From the human T2T-CHM13v2.0 reference genome, Homo sapiens, in the NCBI RefSeq assembly GCF_009914755.1, contig NC_060935.1: 64,000 bases of DNA; one strand, 5' to 3'. Below the pieces are notes generated by a model. It was not told the origin of the DNA, did not search any database, and saw nothing but the letters and a program-made list of their open reading frames with translations. The position numbers were made by a program, and so were the translations under genes. Each line of letters begins with the position of its first letter. Within the stretch, counting starts at the first letter, position 1. Of the stretch, positions 13,448 through 26,314 are shown in pieces.

Positions 13448-13468
13448 TCAGCGCCCGCCTCGGCGCAT
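13448..13468 (-). other. Short upstream ORF, 6 aa (MRRGGR*)
   Basis: Minus strand reads ATG CGC CGA GGC GGG CGC TGA, with G at -3. It is in the leader only if the TSS is upstream of 13468. Confidence 0.55.
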
Positions 13469-13659
13469 CGCCGTGCGCCGCGCTCCCGCTCACGGGGAGG
13501 CTCCGAGAGTGTGTGACCGCGGTCGGCGGGGCGGGGAGGGCTGCGGCCCAAGCAGAAGGGGAGGCAGAGGCAGAGGCTTCTGCCGCCTGCGCGCCTATCT
13601 CGCCCCCTTTCCCTCTCTGCTCCCGCCTCTCTCCACTTGCTGCCCGCCTCCCTCCTTCT

Positions 13660-13732
13660 CCCTTTATCCCCCCGCCCCCCCCCATGCTCTCCCTCCGCGG
13701 GAATCACGTGTCGCCATCATACTCATTGGGAG
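13660..13732 (-). promoter_or_regulatory. Proximal promoter motif cluster: CCAAT box (13729-13725), E-box TCACGTG (13704-13710), GC box (about 13670-13680), TATA-like GATAAAG (13668-13662)
   Basis: Motifs are read directly, in the order expected upstream of a minus-strand TSS near 13580-13640. Factor binding is inferred. Confidence 0.55.
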
Positions 13733-15150
13733 TCTCTGCCTCGCCTGTCGCCACGTTTCAGGAGCAACGAGGACACTTCGTTGCTGTCCTCTGCGCGCCC
13801 TCCCTGCTCCGAGGAGGTGCGCACAGGAGCTCGGGTCGGACTGAGGGCCCCAACCCCAAACGCCTTATCCTCGGCCCTCGGGAGCAGATGGGTCCCGGCG
13901 GCGCTGGTGGGGAGAAGGGCTCGGGGCTGGGGGGCGAGAGGCCTCCCCCTGGAGCCACCTTGGGGAAACCTGACAGTGTGAAGTGGGGGTTAGGGTCCAT
14001 GTTGTCCTTTCTCCGAGTTTATTTAGGAAGTTCCGAGGCAAAAGGGAAAGGCCAAGCGTCCAGCCAGCCCACTCCAGAGGAGACGCTTTCAGGGGAAGGG
14101 AAGGACAGGGGCAACATTTTGGCGCCCATCCTGCTGGAGCAGCTCCTGGGGACTTGTGTTCCCCGCCTCGTGCGAGGCCGTGTGGGCGCGGAGCGAGCCC
14201 AGAAAGGGGCGGCAGTGAGGACAGCGTCTGCTCTGACAAGACAGCACTGTTGCTGAGCCTCAGCCGGGCGGGGTGCGCGGGGCTCCCGGCTCCGCTGGCT
14301 CCTCACTAGTGCTGGACAGCTCCGCTTGCCACCTATAGCCGCCTTTGCAGGCGTTGAGAACTGGAGAACAGTTCCTCCTCAAACGACCTAGCACCTGGCC
14401 CGGGGGAAACCGGGGAATGATCCCACGTCCCTCATCCTCAGGGCTCTTTGCGCCAAATATGCGATCTGTTTGCACCTGACTGCAAATGCTGCTCAGAAAG
14501 CTAAGGGGAGTAGGGATAAATGCTTCTCGAACTGACTCGCCACAGCGCGAGCATGTCTTGCCGCGAGTTTTCAGCTGTGCGGCTTCATTCCAAAGCTTAT
14601 CTCTTTGCAAACCAGTCCTTCCAGCGCCTGACCCCACTGCCCCTTGCCTTAGCCCCAGAAAACTCTCATACTGGTTCTGAGGATAGAGTAAGAGATGGGA
14701 AGAAGGGGCAAATGACAGTATCCCGAAAGGGGTTCCAGGCTGTACTTCCCCCTGCAATGAAGTGGATGAGCACCCTCCCCAGCTCACCCGATCTGCGGAG
14801 AGAAAAGTTTAGGGGCTCTGGCTTTAGTTTCCCAGTGAAACCGAAGCCAAAGCGTTTTTTTAATTAAAGAACTGGTCCTTCCAGGTGAAGGCAGATGGGT
14901 TTTTGTGGACTGTGTTTATTTAAAAAGCAAAACAAAACCAAACCACAAAACCTGTGCTGTACCCCCACCACAATTTGCTTTTAACTTCAAATCTTCCCAA
15001 GTGTTTGTTAGGGCTTAAATATAAATGCTATTTGAGGTTTCATTTGGAAAAATCCACTCAAACTGGTTCAGAGACATACCTTTTTCCCCAGATCTTAAAT
15101 GGGCTTTAAAGATAGAAAAGTGTGTACTATCACTCAGACACTCCCCCTTC

Positions 15151-15154
<4 letters not shown>

Positions 15155-15191
<37 letters not shown>

Positions 15192-15272
15192 ATATATGTA
15201 TATGTATATACATATACATATGAGAAAGAATATATATAATATATATTCTTATATATATGTATTCTTTCTCAT
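15155..15272. repeat. (TA)n/(TG)n compound microsatellite with adjacent inverted repeat
   Basis: Read directly. Confidence 0.85.
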
Positions 15273-17094
15273 CCTGAGGAAGTTTCTTTTAAAATAATAA
15301 TTGTTACAATTATTATTTAAACTGTTGTGCATCTACTATTGATTTCCCCATTACTTCAATTAATTCTATGTGCATTTGTGTCCATTGAAAATTAGACTCA
15401 AATTACACTTTTAATCATAAAAAATCATCAGTTTTGCTAAAAAAGTTTCACTAGCCCCTTTTTCTAAATTATAATGAAAATTACATTATTCTAACTTTGG
15501 GGTAATTGTTTAATATTTCTGCTACACAGTATCAATCAGCATAAAGGATTGGAGTTCCTAGTTCTCTTCTTTGGTACTGATTATATAATAGTCAAGTTCT
15601 TTCGAATTATAGGATTTTAGTTAGTATTAAATATACTAAATAGCATGTGTCCTTCACATTCTTTCAATAAACTGCTGCGCACACAAATAAATATTATGGT
15701 AACGGCAAATAAACTTCATATTGAACTTAGAATTGGAACTTTTTATTAACCATTCCAACTCTTGTCTCAAAGTCAAAATTATTGAGTGCAAGGCAATGAG
15801 TATCATTTGTTTCTAAAATTTGTAAGAGGCCCAAGAGCCTTCCTGTTTACACTGGAAGTTTATTGCCAGAAAGAACTCTGAACCTATGGGACATTTTTTC
15901 TTTGTGTGAACCATTTGAATCAAAGACTCTTTACAGAATCTAGCCAGATGAAGTCGTCTTACAATTTTCTCTATGAATTACACCCTGCCTTTGATCATTA
16001 TTTTCCCATGGATTTTTAAACTATAAACAAATCAAGGCCTAGATATAGCCAGTACAACATCTGCTTTGCTTTCAAGGGTTTCCTTTGTATTTCTGTTCAG
16101 GAGCGGGGTTCAAAAGCTCTCAATATGAAGAGTGCTGTGTTTATACTAGAATTGACATTTTTAAAATGAAGCATAGCTATTCTCCATTAAAAAAAAAGAA
16201 GAAGAAGAAGGCTTACAGTTAGCAAAAGCAATCTAAATACTTTAGGAAGAGTAGTCTGCTGAGAATGAATAGTCTGTGCTCTGATTTTAGGAAAAGAAGC
16301 TTGCCCAAGCTCATACCCACAAATCCAGCCCTGCTGGATATATTGTATTTCAATAAAGTATTTAAAGGCCACTCTCCAACTGGAAAAGAAAAATGCAGAA
16401 ATATTCTTGGTTTATTTGTGAAGTTGGCGTAGGCACCTGACAACTCAGATTGATCAAGCATTGGGAAAGACTTCCTAAAAAAACAGATTCTTCACTTTAG
16501 TCAAGACGATGACTATTTTACATTGAAACATAAAGTAACTATTGTTTGTGCGTGCCTTCCCTTCACATAAATCAATCCTATTTATAAACCCTTTCACTTA
16601 TATAGCCTCATTTAACCTGATTTTCATCCTTCTCAGAGAAGTTGTTGAAGAAAAGTCACGTGTGTCAAATTCAAATCAAAACCACAATCAGTCCTCCTTC
16701 CCAAAATTCTTTGCGTTTCCCAGGTTCAAACTCTTTACTAGTTTCTTTTCATCTAACACTCCAGCAAGAAAATCTGCAAGATTTGCATAAGCGTTCCCTG
16801 GAGCAGAGCTCTATCCTGATAGAAGACTGAAGAATTTCTCCCTGTCAATCTTTACATAAATCTGGCAATTCACAGGAATTGTACATGTAATATTAAAGCA
16901 AGTTTTCTAAAGAAATATAGTAGCTGGTGAATCCTTAACTAGGGCAAGTTTTTCTGGATCCCTAACCTGGAAAATCACACACACATACACACACACACAC
17001 TTCACACTGTTCACCTGCTAGTTTAACCCTATGTTTGTGTTCGTGAATGAGATCTGTCTACTCTCTCACACTTAACATACCCCCTCTTTTACAA

Positions 17095-17292
17095 GAGGGC
17101 AAATGTGCTTTCTCTGAGAAATACTGGCAGCAAATAAGAGATACTGTACTTCATATTGTTGCACAATTTTGTAAGTAAAACTAAATATTAAGGAGGGCAA
17201 ATGTGCTTTCTCTGAGAAAGACTGGCAGCAAATAAGAGATACTGTACTTCATATTGTTGCACAATTTTGTAAGTAAAACTAAATATTAAGGA
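17095..17292. repeat. Tandem duplication, 98-bp unit x2
   Basis: Copies start at 17095 and 17193; one mismatch (gaaatact / gaaagact). Confidence 0.97.
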
Positions 17293-19484
17293 TAATATCA
17301 AAGTGAGAAGAACCATCTGCTGTGTTCACATATAAAGGGACACATAGAAGACAATGTAATCCATTGTCCTATAGTTATATTTTATCATAAAACCATCCCA
17401 AAGGGGTAGGATTCTTGCTGCTCAAAAAAGGATAGAGGAGGAGAAGGCTGGGGGAAAGGAGGAAAGAAAGAAAGACAAGCAACAAAGTCAATGCTACACT
17501 TAGTAGAATTTGTGACCCAGAAAGATACTTAAGGGTGTAATAACTGACTTTTTTTTGATGCATCAAATCCATGACAGCAAGAAAGAGGCAGGTGATCAGT
17601 GTATGTTGGTGCCTCTGGCAGACACTACTCTCTCCTTAAGTGGCTTTACATTCAACCATGCACCACAGGAATCCATCCTCCTCTTAAGAAGAGACCCTAT
17701 TAGTCAACAGTTTGAATACTAATATCAGCACCACAGTCTCCTACAACTCTCAGCCTTTTTGTCTGCATACTCAACAATCCCAGGTCTCTATACACTTTAT
17801 TTAAATTGGGATTCTTAATCCCAACATAATAGGACATATTTTTCCAATTATAAAGTTATGGAAATTCTGGCACAGAGATTTAAAATATCTTCCAATGTCA
17901 TGGAGCTGATAAATATTAAAGTCAGAATTCCAATCCTGACTACTAAGCCCATGCTATTTCCACTGAAACACTTTTCCTGCCTGTCTCTTGTCCTCAAATG
18001 TCCTAAAAACAGATTTTAAAATATGCTGAATTAAAATCACAATGTGAGTGGGTTATTGCATTAAAATAAATATTAAATACACAATTAACTTGTATGAATT
18101 ATGTCCTGGAACATAATGTGGAAAAGCACTGACATGTGCAGAAGTTCTACAGTTCTCTGCTGATAACTAGCTCTGTGACCAAAATCAAGTTGTTAACTGC
18201 TCTGGGACTCAAACCCTTCACCTCTAAATCAAAAGTGTTGGATAAAATCCTTAGGTTATCATCAATCCTCAAAATTCTGTAATTTTTCTATTTGTTGAAC
18301 TGTTCATTTCCTTTCCAGATATATCTTGTGCCTAAAAAATGTACCCACATACATCATCATAAGGTTAGATTCTCTTTTTCTTCCCTGTCATATCCTTTCT
18401 GAGAATTCAATTCTTATACAGATCCCTCCTTAAACCACCCAAGATCCTCTCCTGATACAAAACTGCCATGAACATGGTCCATGGAATTAAATGGATAAAA
18501 AAAAATTTTTCAACTGAATCCTATTTGGTTAGATGCTCACTATCTCTCTGTCTTTTCATAACCTAATTCTTCTGTCTGCTTTATTGTATTATATAAAGGA
18601 ATTATATCTTCCTGTCTGCAGCTTATTAAGCTTGACAGCTAACAATAATAAGTATGAATTATCAATAAGAATGCCTCAATATAACTTTGTTAATGTTAAT
18701 AGACACTTACTTAAATATGTCCAATTTATAGTAAATATGCAGTCTGTTATTTAATCATTATTTTAAATAATAAATCTTTTAAAATCCAATTTTAATATGA
18801 TGACTAGAATTCTTAGAAGTATTAACATTAAGTATGAAGTGTGCTTTTGTCACTAGATAAGAAAACATTAGAAAAATGTTACTAATAATGATTAAGCGGA
18901 AATGTAATGGATCCCTTAAGATAATCCATAGGTACAATTTTCTGTTTAAAAACTTGAGAAACAAATGACAGTGGATACCCAATGTTATGATCATTTCTGG
19001 AAAACTTTTCAAGTTGGACATTGAAATGAGGTCCTCAGTTATGAATAGATTAGTTCATGCCTAAAAACCCATGTTAATCTTAAAATAATTCTAAAACATT
19101 TCTCCACCAAAAGTAGTGAAACTTTTAGAATAAAACTTACGTTTACTCACTTCCGGCAGTTCTCCTTATAGTAAGTAAAACGAGCATTAATTCTTTTTGT
19201 ATACAAAAATGAACAGCCATCTGTACCACGACTGTGAACTAAAATCAAATGTTCCATTTCTCTGTTTCACATGGGGTCTCATTAGCACCACAGAAGCAGA
19301 GTAATCCTTGTTTCCAGATAAGCAATATGTATTCACAATCATCCCAAAGTGAGCCTGTTTCAGTCCTCTCCTTCAGGACCCCCCAGGTGACTGTGTTTCC
19401 CTCCACAGCATGCAGACATAAGCTGGAATCATCTCTGCTCAATCTCCAAAAAATTCTTTGGACATCTATCTCAGAGAAGAAAAT

Positions 19485-20355
19485 TCCCAGATTTTCTTGG
19501 TTTTCAGGTTTTCTCGGTAATATTTAATAGCACCCTAGGCCAAAAGAAATACCTAACAATTCAATTTAAAATGTAGGCCAGGCACAGTGTCTCACGCCTG
19601 TAATCCCAGCACTTTGGGAGGCTGAGACGGGCAGATCACCTGAGGTCAGGAGTTCAAGACCAGCCTGGCCAACATGGTGAAACCCCATCCCTACTAAAAA
19701 TACAAAAATTAGTGGGGCATGGTTGTGGGCACCTGTTAACCCAGCTACTTAGGGAGCTGAGGCAGGAGAATCACTTGAACCCAGGAGGCAGAGGTTGCAG
19801 TGAGCTGAGATTGTGCCACTGCACTCCAGCCAGGGTGACAGAGAGAGACTCTGTCTCAAAAACAGAAAATAAAAATAAAATGTAGCCTGGTCCAAACCAT
19901 TTAATAATTATTTATATCGTAACAACTTAGCAGCATTTGAAAATGTAATAATGTAAAGTGAAAGAAAAATAATATCTTTATTTCATTATTAACTAACTAT
20001 AATTATTTAATTATTTTAGCTAATAAACTTGAACACTGCACAACTTTTCAAACCTTGGGATCATATTGGACATTGTCATCCTCATATTTTATTCCACACT
20101 GATTTTCCCATGGTTATTGCTCATAATCATAGCAGCCTCCAAAACCCACCTTCACAAATGCATGAAGTGATTAAAATAAGGTAATACAATCCAATGCTAA
20201 AACTATAAGCTACCTCAAGCTAATAGTCTGTTTGGTGCTCAACTGACATTAAGCATCACTGCGTTCCTCTCAAAATGTTAAAATATACCTCAGCAGCCAT
20301 GTGCATCCACTGCACCACCCTAGGACCTGTTGGTACATAGTTTGGAAACCAGGAC
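19485..20355. mobile_element. hAT-Charlie DNA transposon (MER119-like), interrupted by an Alu
   Basis: ctaggccaaaagaaatacctaaca, tcaaaccttgggatca and terminal tagtttggaaacc resemble the MER119 consensus. Confidence 0.6.
19576..19880 (+). mobile_element. AluSx/Sz-type SINE
   Basis: Full dimer; TSD aaaatgtag. Confidence 0.95.
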
Positions 20356-23300
20356 TCTGGTTGCTCAGCTTCCAAAGTTCTCAGAAAAGCTTGTCTTTTA
20401 TCTTGATTACAGACTCTGAGTAAATAGGCAATAAGATCTTACAAATATAAAATGAAAATGATGTATTTTAAGTCATTTTTGCTGCAATAATTTTGTATAC
20501 ATAGTGTTGCCTATGCATTTGTGGTTTATAAATAGTGCATTATTCTATATTTAAACATTTTATAGTTTTAACTGATTGTCTATAAACTGAGCTTTAAATA
20601 CATAATAAGAAACAAAAGAATTTGCAAAGACAAATTATTTGCTTTTGATATTTATTAAACATACAATTTTTTTTTACCAACGGCTATACATGTGATAGAT
20701 GAGCAGAATATTATCTCATGAAGTATTATTTTTGAAAAGACTTCATACATGTAATTATATACATATATTTCTAAAATTATATATTTTTTAAATACAGACC
20801 CTGAAATCTTGGTAACCACTCTTTGTTTGGAAAGAACAGGGAAGTCAAAGGTAGGGCTCATTATTTCCTATAACTTCTATTATCAAGCAAGGGAAAGAAG
20901 GCAATTTATTGTATGTTGCTGATAGAGAAACAAAAGCATGCAAAGATTGAGGAAACTGTCCATGGTCCTATGGCACATAGCTAATCACAGGTAAGCTCTT
21001 AGCTCTGCAAAATCTCATTTTATAGCTCTAGGGTAGAATGCTGTCTCTAAGAAAGACTATTGCTTGAGGAAAAAAAAATAAATCTGGCTCATTATTTGCA
21101 GAGAATTTTATTTCAGTCCTTTTCTCAGGGAGTAATAATAGGTTTGCATTAGTCCAGTTACACATAGCCATCATGGCTAAGTTAACTCATCCATTCATCT
21201 CAACACATATTTGAGTAACTGAACGTTTAATATTAAGCCAAACGCAATAAGCATTATAAAGATAATATATGGTTCCTACTTTTGAGAAACTTACACTGTA
21301 GTAAGCATAAGGAAAAGTTAAATAACATGAAAAGTTAAATGGCCATAGAAAATAGTACTAGTTAAGATGTCATATGGAAAATAAGTAATATAATATTCTA
21401 GGAGAAAAAGAAATATAAACTCTAAATATTTGCTTATGAAGGAAATGGGGCTTGAACTAGTCTTTGAAGAATGGGTAAAATTTTAATAGATGGAAATGAA
21501 TTAATTGGGCATGGAGAAGAGAAAGAGTATGTTTTGTTTGAAAATGCTATGTATCACATCCAAACTGGACAAAAGAATGCATACTGAGAAATGGCAAGAA
21601 ATAGAATAAGAAGATAAAGACCAGATTGGGAAAGGTTGACTGAACTTTCTCTGACAGGCATTGAAAAAAAATAATTTTAACTTTTTGACCTGGGAAATGA
21701 TACAAATAGAGTTTTGTATAAGCCAATAAAAGCTACTCAGTCATCTATGAAGTTCATAATTCCCAAGAACATAAACCAGCAGGGCAGACTGCCTCAATGT
21801 CCAGGAAACCAGTTGCAAACCATTACTGAGGTATGTGCAGCCTGAGTGACAGACTGAGACACTGTCTCTAAAAAAACAGAAACAAAAAACAAAGTTTCTT
21901 TATGCTCTTCCCCCTTCACATATACACACACATTTTTATATTAGTCAAACTTGAAGCACACCTGCTATAAATTATTTGCTTATTGTATTGTCCAAGAATA
22001 TAATTCCAGTCAATAAAGTATATCACCTCCTTATCTCCATTTACTATTTGTCGAAATTGGCTAATTTTCCAAGCATATCAGTCTTTAATAGACCAGCAGG
22101 ATGAAAAGTTAACCTTTACAGAAACCATTTTTAAAAAATAAAAAAGGTTTAAAATTCCCCCAAAACCTAATAAATGCCACTTCTGTGTTAGGGTCAGTGA
22201 TGAACAGACCCAAAATTTCTTAATTTGGTGTCCCAATATAATAACTTAGTGGATTCAGTGAAGAGGATTTTAAACCAGATTGATCAATAATAATTCCACC
22301 TTGACTCATACCAAATATAGTGTGCTCTTATGTTCAATCTAATACATTTCTTTTTTCTATCAGAGAAAAAGGTTTTCAGCTTGCTACCTTTGTTTTCAGC
22401 TACTGGAAAGAGAATGTTCATCCCTACAAACTGAAAAGACTAGCTCTCAGGAATTTATTGTCAATTAGTGAATCAGGGTAAACATACACAATGAACACTT
22501 GCAGCTAGGTTCAGAATGTATTAGAGGCAGGGAAGAGAATGGAGAAAGACAGATGTATGTGTGAATATTGAGATTTGTCAAGATGACTGCAGAATATCTG
22601 AAGAAGGGAGGTGGATATCATGTGCTCAGCTGTAAATACAATTCTAGAACAAAGATTGGCCAACAGGAGTTTGAAATCACTAGACTGGAATGAAACCAAA
22701 GCAATGACTAGATGTATTTGCTAGAGGCACATAATATAAAGAAGAGCAGCTTAGGAGATAACATTTGATTAATAAATTAATGAGCATTTTAACAAGTGGA
22801 TTATTTGCGAAGAGAGCACAACTGAAAGTGCTTACTACTGTATTTGAGAAAACAAATGAAAAATGAAGAAGAGTCATTCCCAGCCATCCCATATACACTG
22901 TTCATTTTATAAGGCAGTAGCCACCATTTGTAGCTTTGTTTAAAAGTGCCTCAAAAAGAGGTCCAAATGATTTGAGTGTAAATCCAAATGTCCCATCCAA
23001 ATATCATAATTAATTACTTCAAAACTGTCTTTTAATGAGATAACTAAACATTAAAACCACTGAAGGGAAATGCTTGTCTTGCTCTCTATCAGTAATTCTT
23101 CTCATTGCTTCTTCATTTTTCTTAGTTTACATGGTGCTTGTATTTTCAGGAGGTTATGTAATGAACCATAATAAAATTAATTGTCTCCAGGCTGATGAGG
23201 TCATAGATTTTCAGTGTCGTTGAGTCCCAATTATTTTAGCAGAATTTCTTCCTCAGTTGTTCGCTATTTGGTGCCCTATTTCAAAAATGAGCACTTTTCC

Positions 23301-24139
23301 TTTTTGCTGTTTGCTGTTTGCTTTTTGTTGGTAGTTTTCCATTAGAAAAAAAAAAGTGCCTTATTCTTATTATATAAAATGACATAATTTCTGTGCAATC
23401 TATCCAGATTGAAAAATAAGTCACTGTAATCACTAATAAATAGTTTCAATTTATAAAATAGATTATAATATTCTTCACACATCTGGGAATTAAGTAAACA
23501 TGAGCACTGGCAAAACTAGATTGTCACTCAAATTCACTGGAGTATAGCACTAATAACAGGAGCAGCTGATACGAGATTGGAGCAAGGTCCAGCATTCTCA
23601 AACAAAGCTATACATTTTTTAACAAAGAATAACAATCTTTTTTCCAGGGTATTGGTCCTCTGTTACTGTGACACAAAATAGATATATTCCTGTTGGGTAA
23701 ATTGACAATTTGGAATTTGTCATTGGTGCTTTCCTGCTTGAATGAATATGTATACAAACAGAAATAGATTTCCCTTCTATTACTAGTTATTTATAAGAAA
23801 TTTAAATTGTATAAAGGCATTTTACATTTTCTCTTCATTATACCTTCAGCTTACTTATATTGAACAAGGCAAAAATAGAAAAATGCTTTCATAGGGACAA
23901 TAAAAGCATTCTTCTATTAAACATTAATATCATGATTTCATATTATTTTATGTAAGGCAATTTCTTATCAAGACAGGAATCCATATTACAGGTAGAATTC
24001 ATTTTCTTTCTTCAGCATGGTAATTGCCTCCACTATGATTATTATCTAAAGACTTAGAGGTAATATCTTCATGCAGAAAATACAAAGACTGTTTCTAATC
24101 TTGTTGAGAAAATGATAAAAATGAATATGCACACATTTC

Positions 24140-25300
24140 TTCATTCAAGAGCATTTATTGAGTAATATTTTGTGCCAGGAACTGTGCTAGACATTGTGAA
24201 GAGAGAAGAGTATAAAACACAATCTTTCTCTTCAAGTATCCAGCAATAGAGTAAAACACACATACATATACACAAGCAGCAGAAACAGACACACAAACTG
24301 ATATTTTTTAGACTGCTAGGTTTAATAGTGGAAATACACACAGGATATAGAGGAGCACTTAATACTAACTTAGGGAAAAGGGAGTTTAAATACCTTCTTA
24401 GTGATTATGTCTGAGCTGAGTTTTAAAGAACAGGTAGGATTTTAAAGATGGGGAAGTTAAGGGAAGGGAAGTCTAGGCAAAGATTAGCCAGAGTAAAAGC
24501 ACAAGATTGAGAAAAACAGGTATGCACCAAGAAATACAAGGATGTCAGGGCTGCTAAGAGTATTGAATTAAAGCAGGATATGGCTCAGAAGAATATGGTA
24601 ATAAGAAGTACACAGAATCCAGATCACAGAGAACCTTGTTGAGGAATTACTATTGAATCTTAGAAAGATCATGTGACATTGAGGACTATAGACTTGAAGA
24701 GCCAAACTTAATTATCAGGGAAAATAGTTAGGAGGCTATTTGAGTAATCCAGAAAAGATAAAAGGAACTTGCCTAAAGTAGAAAAAACTGAACCCCACAT
24801 TTAAACTCCAATTCTCTTGTTATGTAACCTTGCAAAACGTTCTGACTTCTCTATGCTTTAATTTCTTTATCTGTAAAGTTGATATCATAATGCTTAAGAA
24901 TTATGCACTATCATTCCATTCTGCAAATGGGAAAACTGATCATTGAAATAAGGAAGATTTAGAGGGGACATATTAGACAAAAAGATAAGTTAAATTAACA
25001 GGATGCAGCAACTGCTTTAATATGGGAACTGAGAGAGTGGTGAGATTTAAGAATGACCACATATTTCAGTTTTGGAGACTATTAACTGATATAAAAAACA
25101 TAGGAAGTGAAAATGGCCTGGGGGACGTGATAAGGTCTACTTCTTATAATTGAATTTTACATAAATCCAGGTGAAAATGTCTAGCAGGCAGTTGGATGTA
25201 TGGATCTTGAGTGCAGAACAGAAAGCTGGGTAGAATACACGGATATGAAAATCATCAACATTTAGTTTAATCAAAACTGTAAGAATGAAGGTGATCAACA
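24140..25300. mobile_element. L2 LINE fragments
   Basis: ttcattcaagagcatttattgag...tgtgccagg and gaaaatgtctagcaggcagttggat, both typical of L2. Confidence 0.65.
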
Positions 25301-25304
25301 AGAG

Positions 25305-25803
25305 TGTAGTAGGCTAAATAATAACCTCCCTGAATATCTCAACATCTTAATTCCTAGAATTTGGGAATATGTTAGCTTATATGGCAAGATGGAATTTATA
25401 GATGTAATTAAGTTAAGAAATTTGAGATGGAGCAATTATTCTGGATTATCTAGGTGGGCCCAGTGTAATCACAGGCTTCTTATAAGAGGAATGCGGGAAG
25501 AATCAGAGTTAGAGGAGAAAGTGATGTGATGACAGAATTAGAGATTTGAGTGATATGACATTGAAGATGGAGAAAGGGGCCACAAGCCAAGAAACATAGG
25601 AGACTTCTAGCAGCTGCTAGAAACACATCCTTCCCTCACCGCCTAAAGAAGTAACAGCCCTCCCACCGCCTGGACTTTTGTCCAATGAAACTGATTTTGG
25701 ACTTCTGACCTCCAGAACTGTAAGAACATAAGCTTCTGTTGCTTTAAACCACTAAGTTTGTGGTTGTGGTAAGTTGTTACAGAAGCAATAGGAAACTGAT
25801 ACA
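25305..25803 (+). mobile_element. MLT1D-like MaLR solo LTR
   Basis: TG...CA ends; ctggattatctaggtgggccc; ttctgacctccagaactgtaaga; near-TSD aagag/cagag. Confidence 0.85.
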
Positions 25804-26222
25804 CAGAGATAGTGTACTGAAAATACAAATAAAAATACTTGAGTAACACCAACATCTAAGATGGCTCTCAGAGGAAAGAGAGAAAGACAGGCCAGGCAAG
25901 CACAATGAGGAATCAGAAGAATGTCATGTCAATAAATTTAAGAATGGAAGACTCCATAGTTAAACATGGTAAAGTAGTCCAATAATAGCTTTTAGAAATG
26001 GAAAACATTCATTGGATTTGTCAAGAAGTCTTTGGAAAACTTAAAATAGTTTTAGTGAAGGCTGGAAGCCAGTTTGCAGTGAGTTGAGCAAAGTGAAAAT
26101 TAGAAAGTAGAGATATCAAGTATACACTATTTTATGTTCTACCCTGATTTCTATATAGAGATAATATAAATTTATATTTATATATAATCACCCAACTGTG
26201 CTGACAACTGATAATCAACAGG

Positions 26223-26263
26223 TATATTTTGTTGGTGTTCTCCAGAGAAACAGAACCAATAGG

Positions 26264-26314
<51 letters not shown>

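Larger units (their letters stand above)
12690..14480. promoter_or_regulatory. CpG island / GUCY1A2 promoter and 5' UTR
   Basis: Very high GC and CpG density against AT-rich flanks; surrounds the start codon. Confidence 0.93.

Noticed and set aside
12729-14867. Many long overlapping ORFs on both strands (371 aa, 175 aa, 151 aa, 126 aa and others)
   Set aside because: Stop-codon depletion in a CpG island; many have non-ATG starts, and all give low-complexity products with no recognisable domain.
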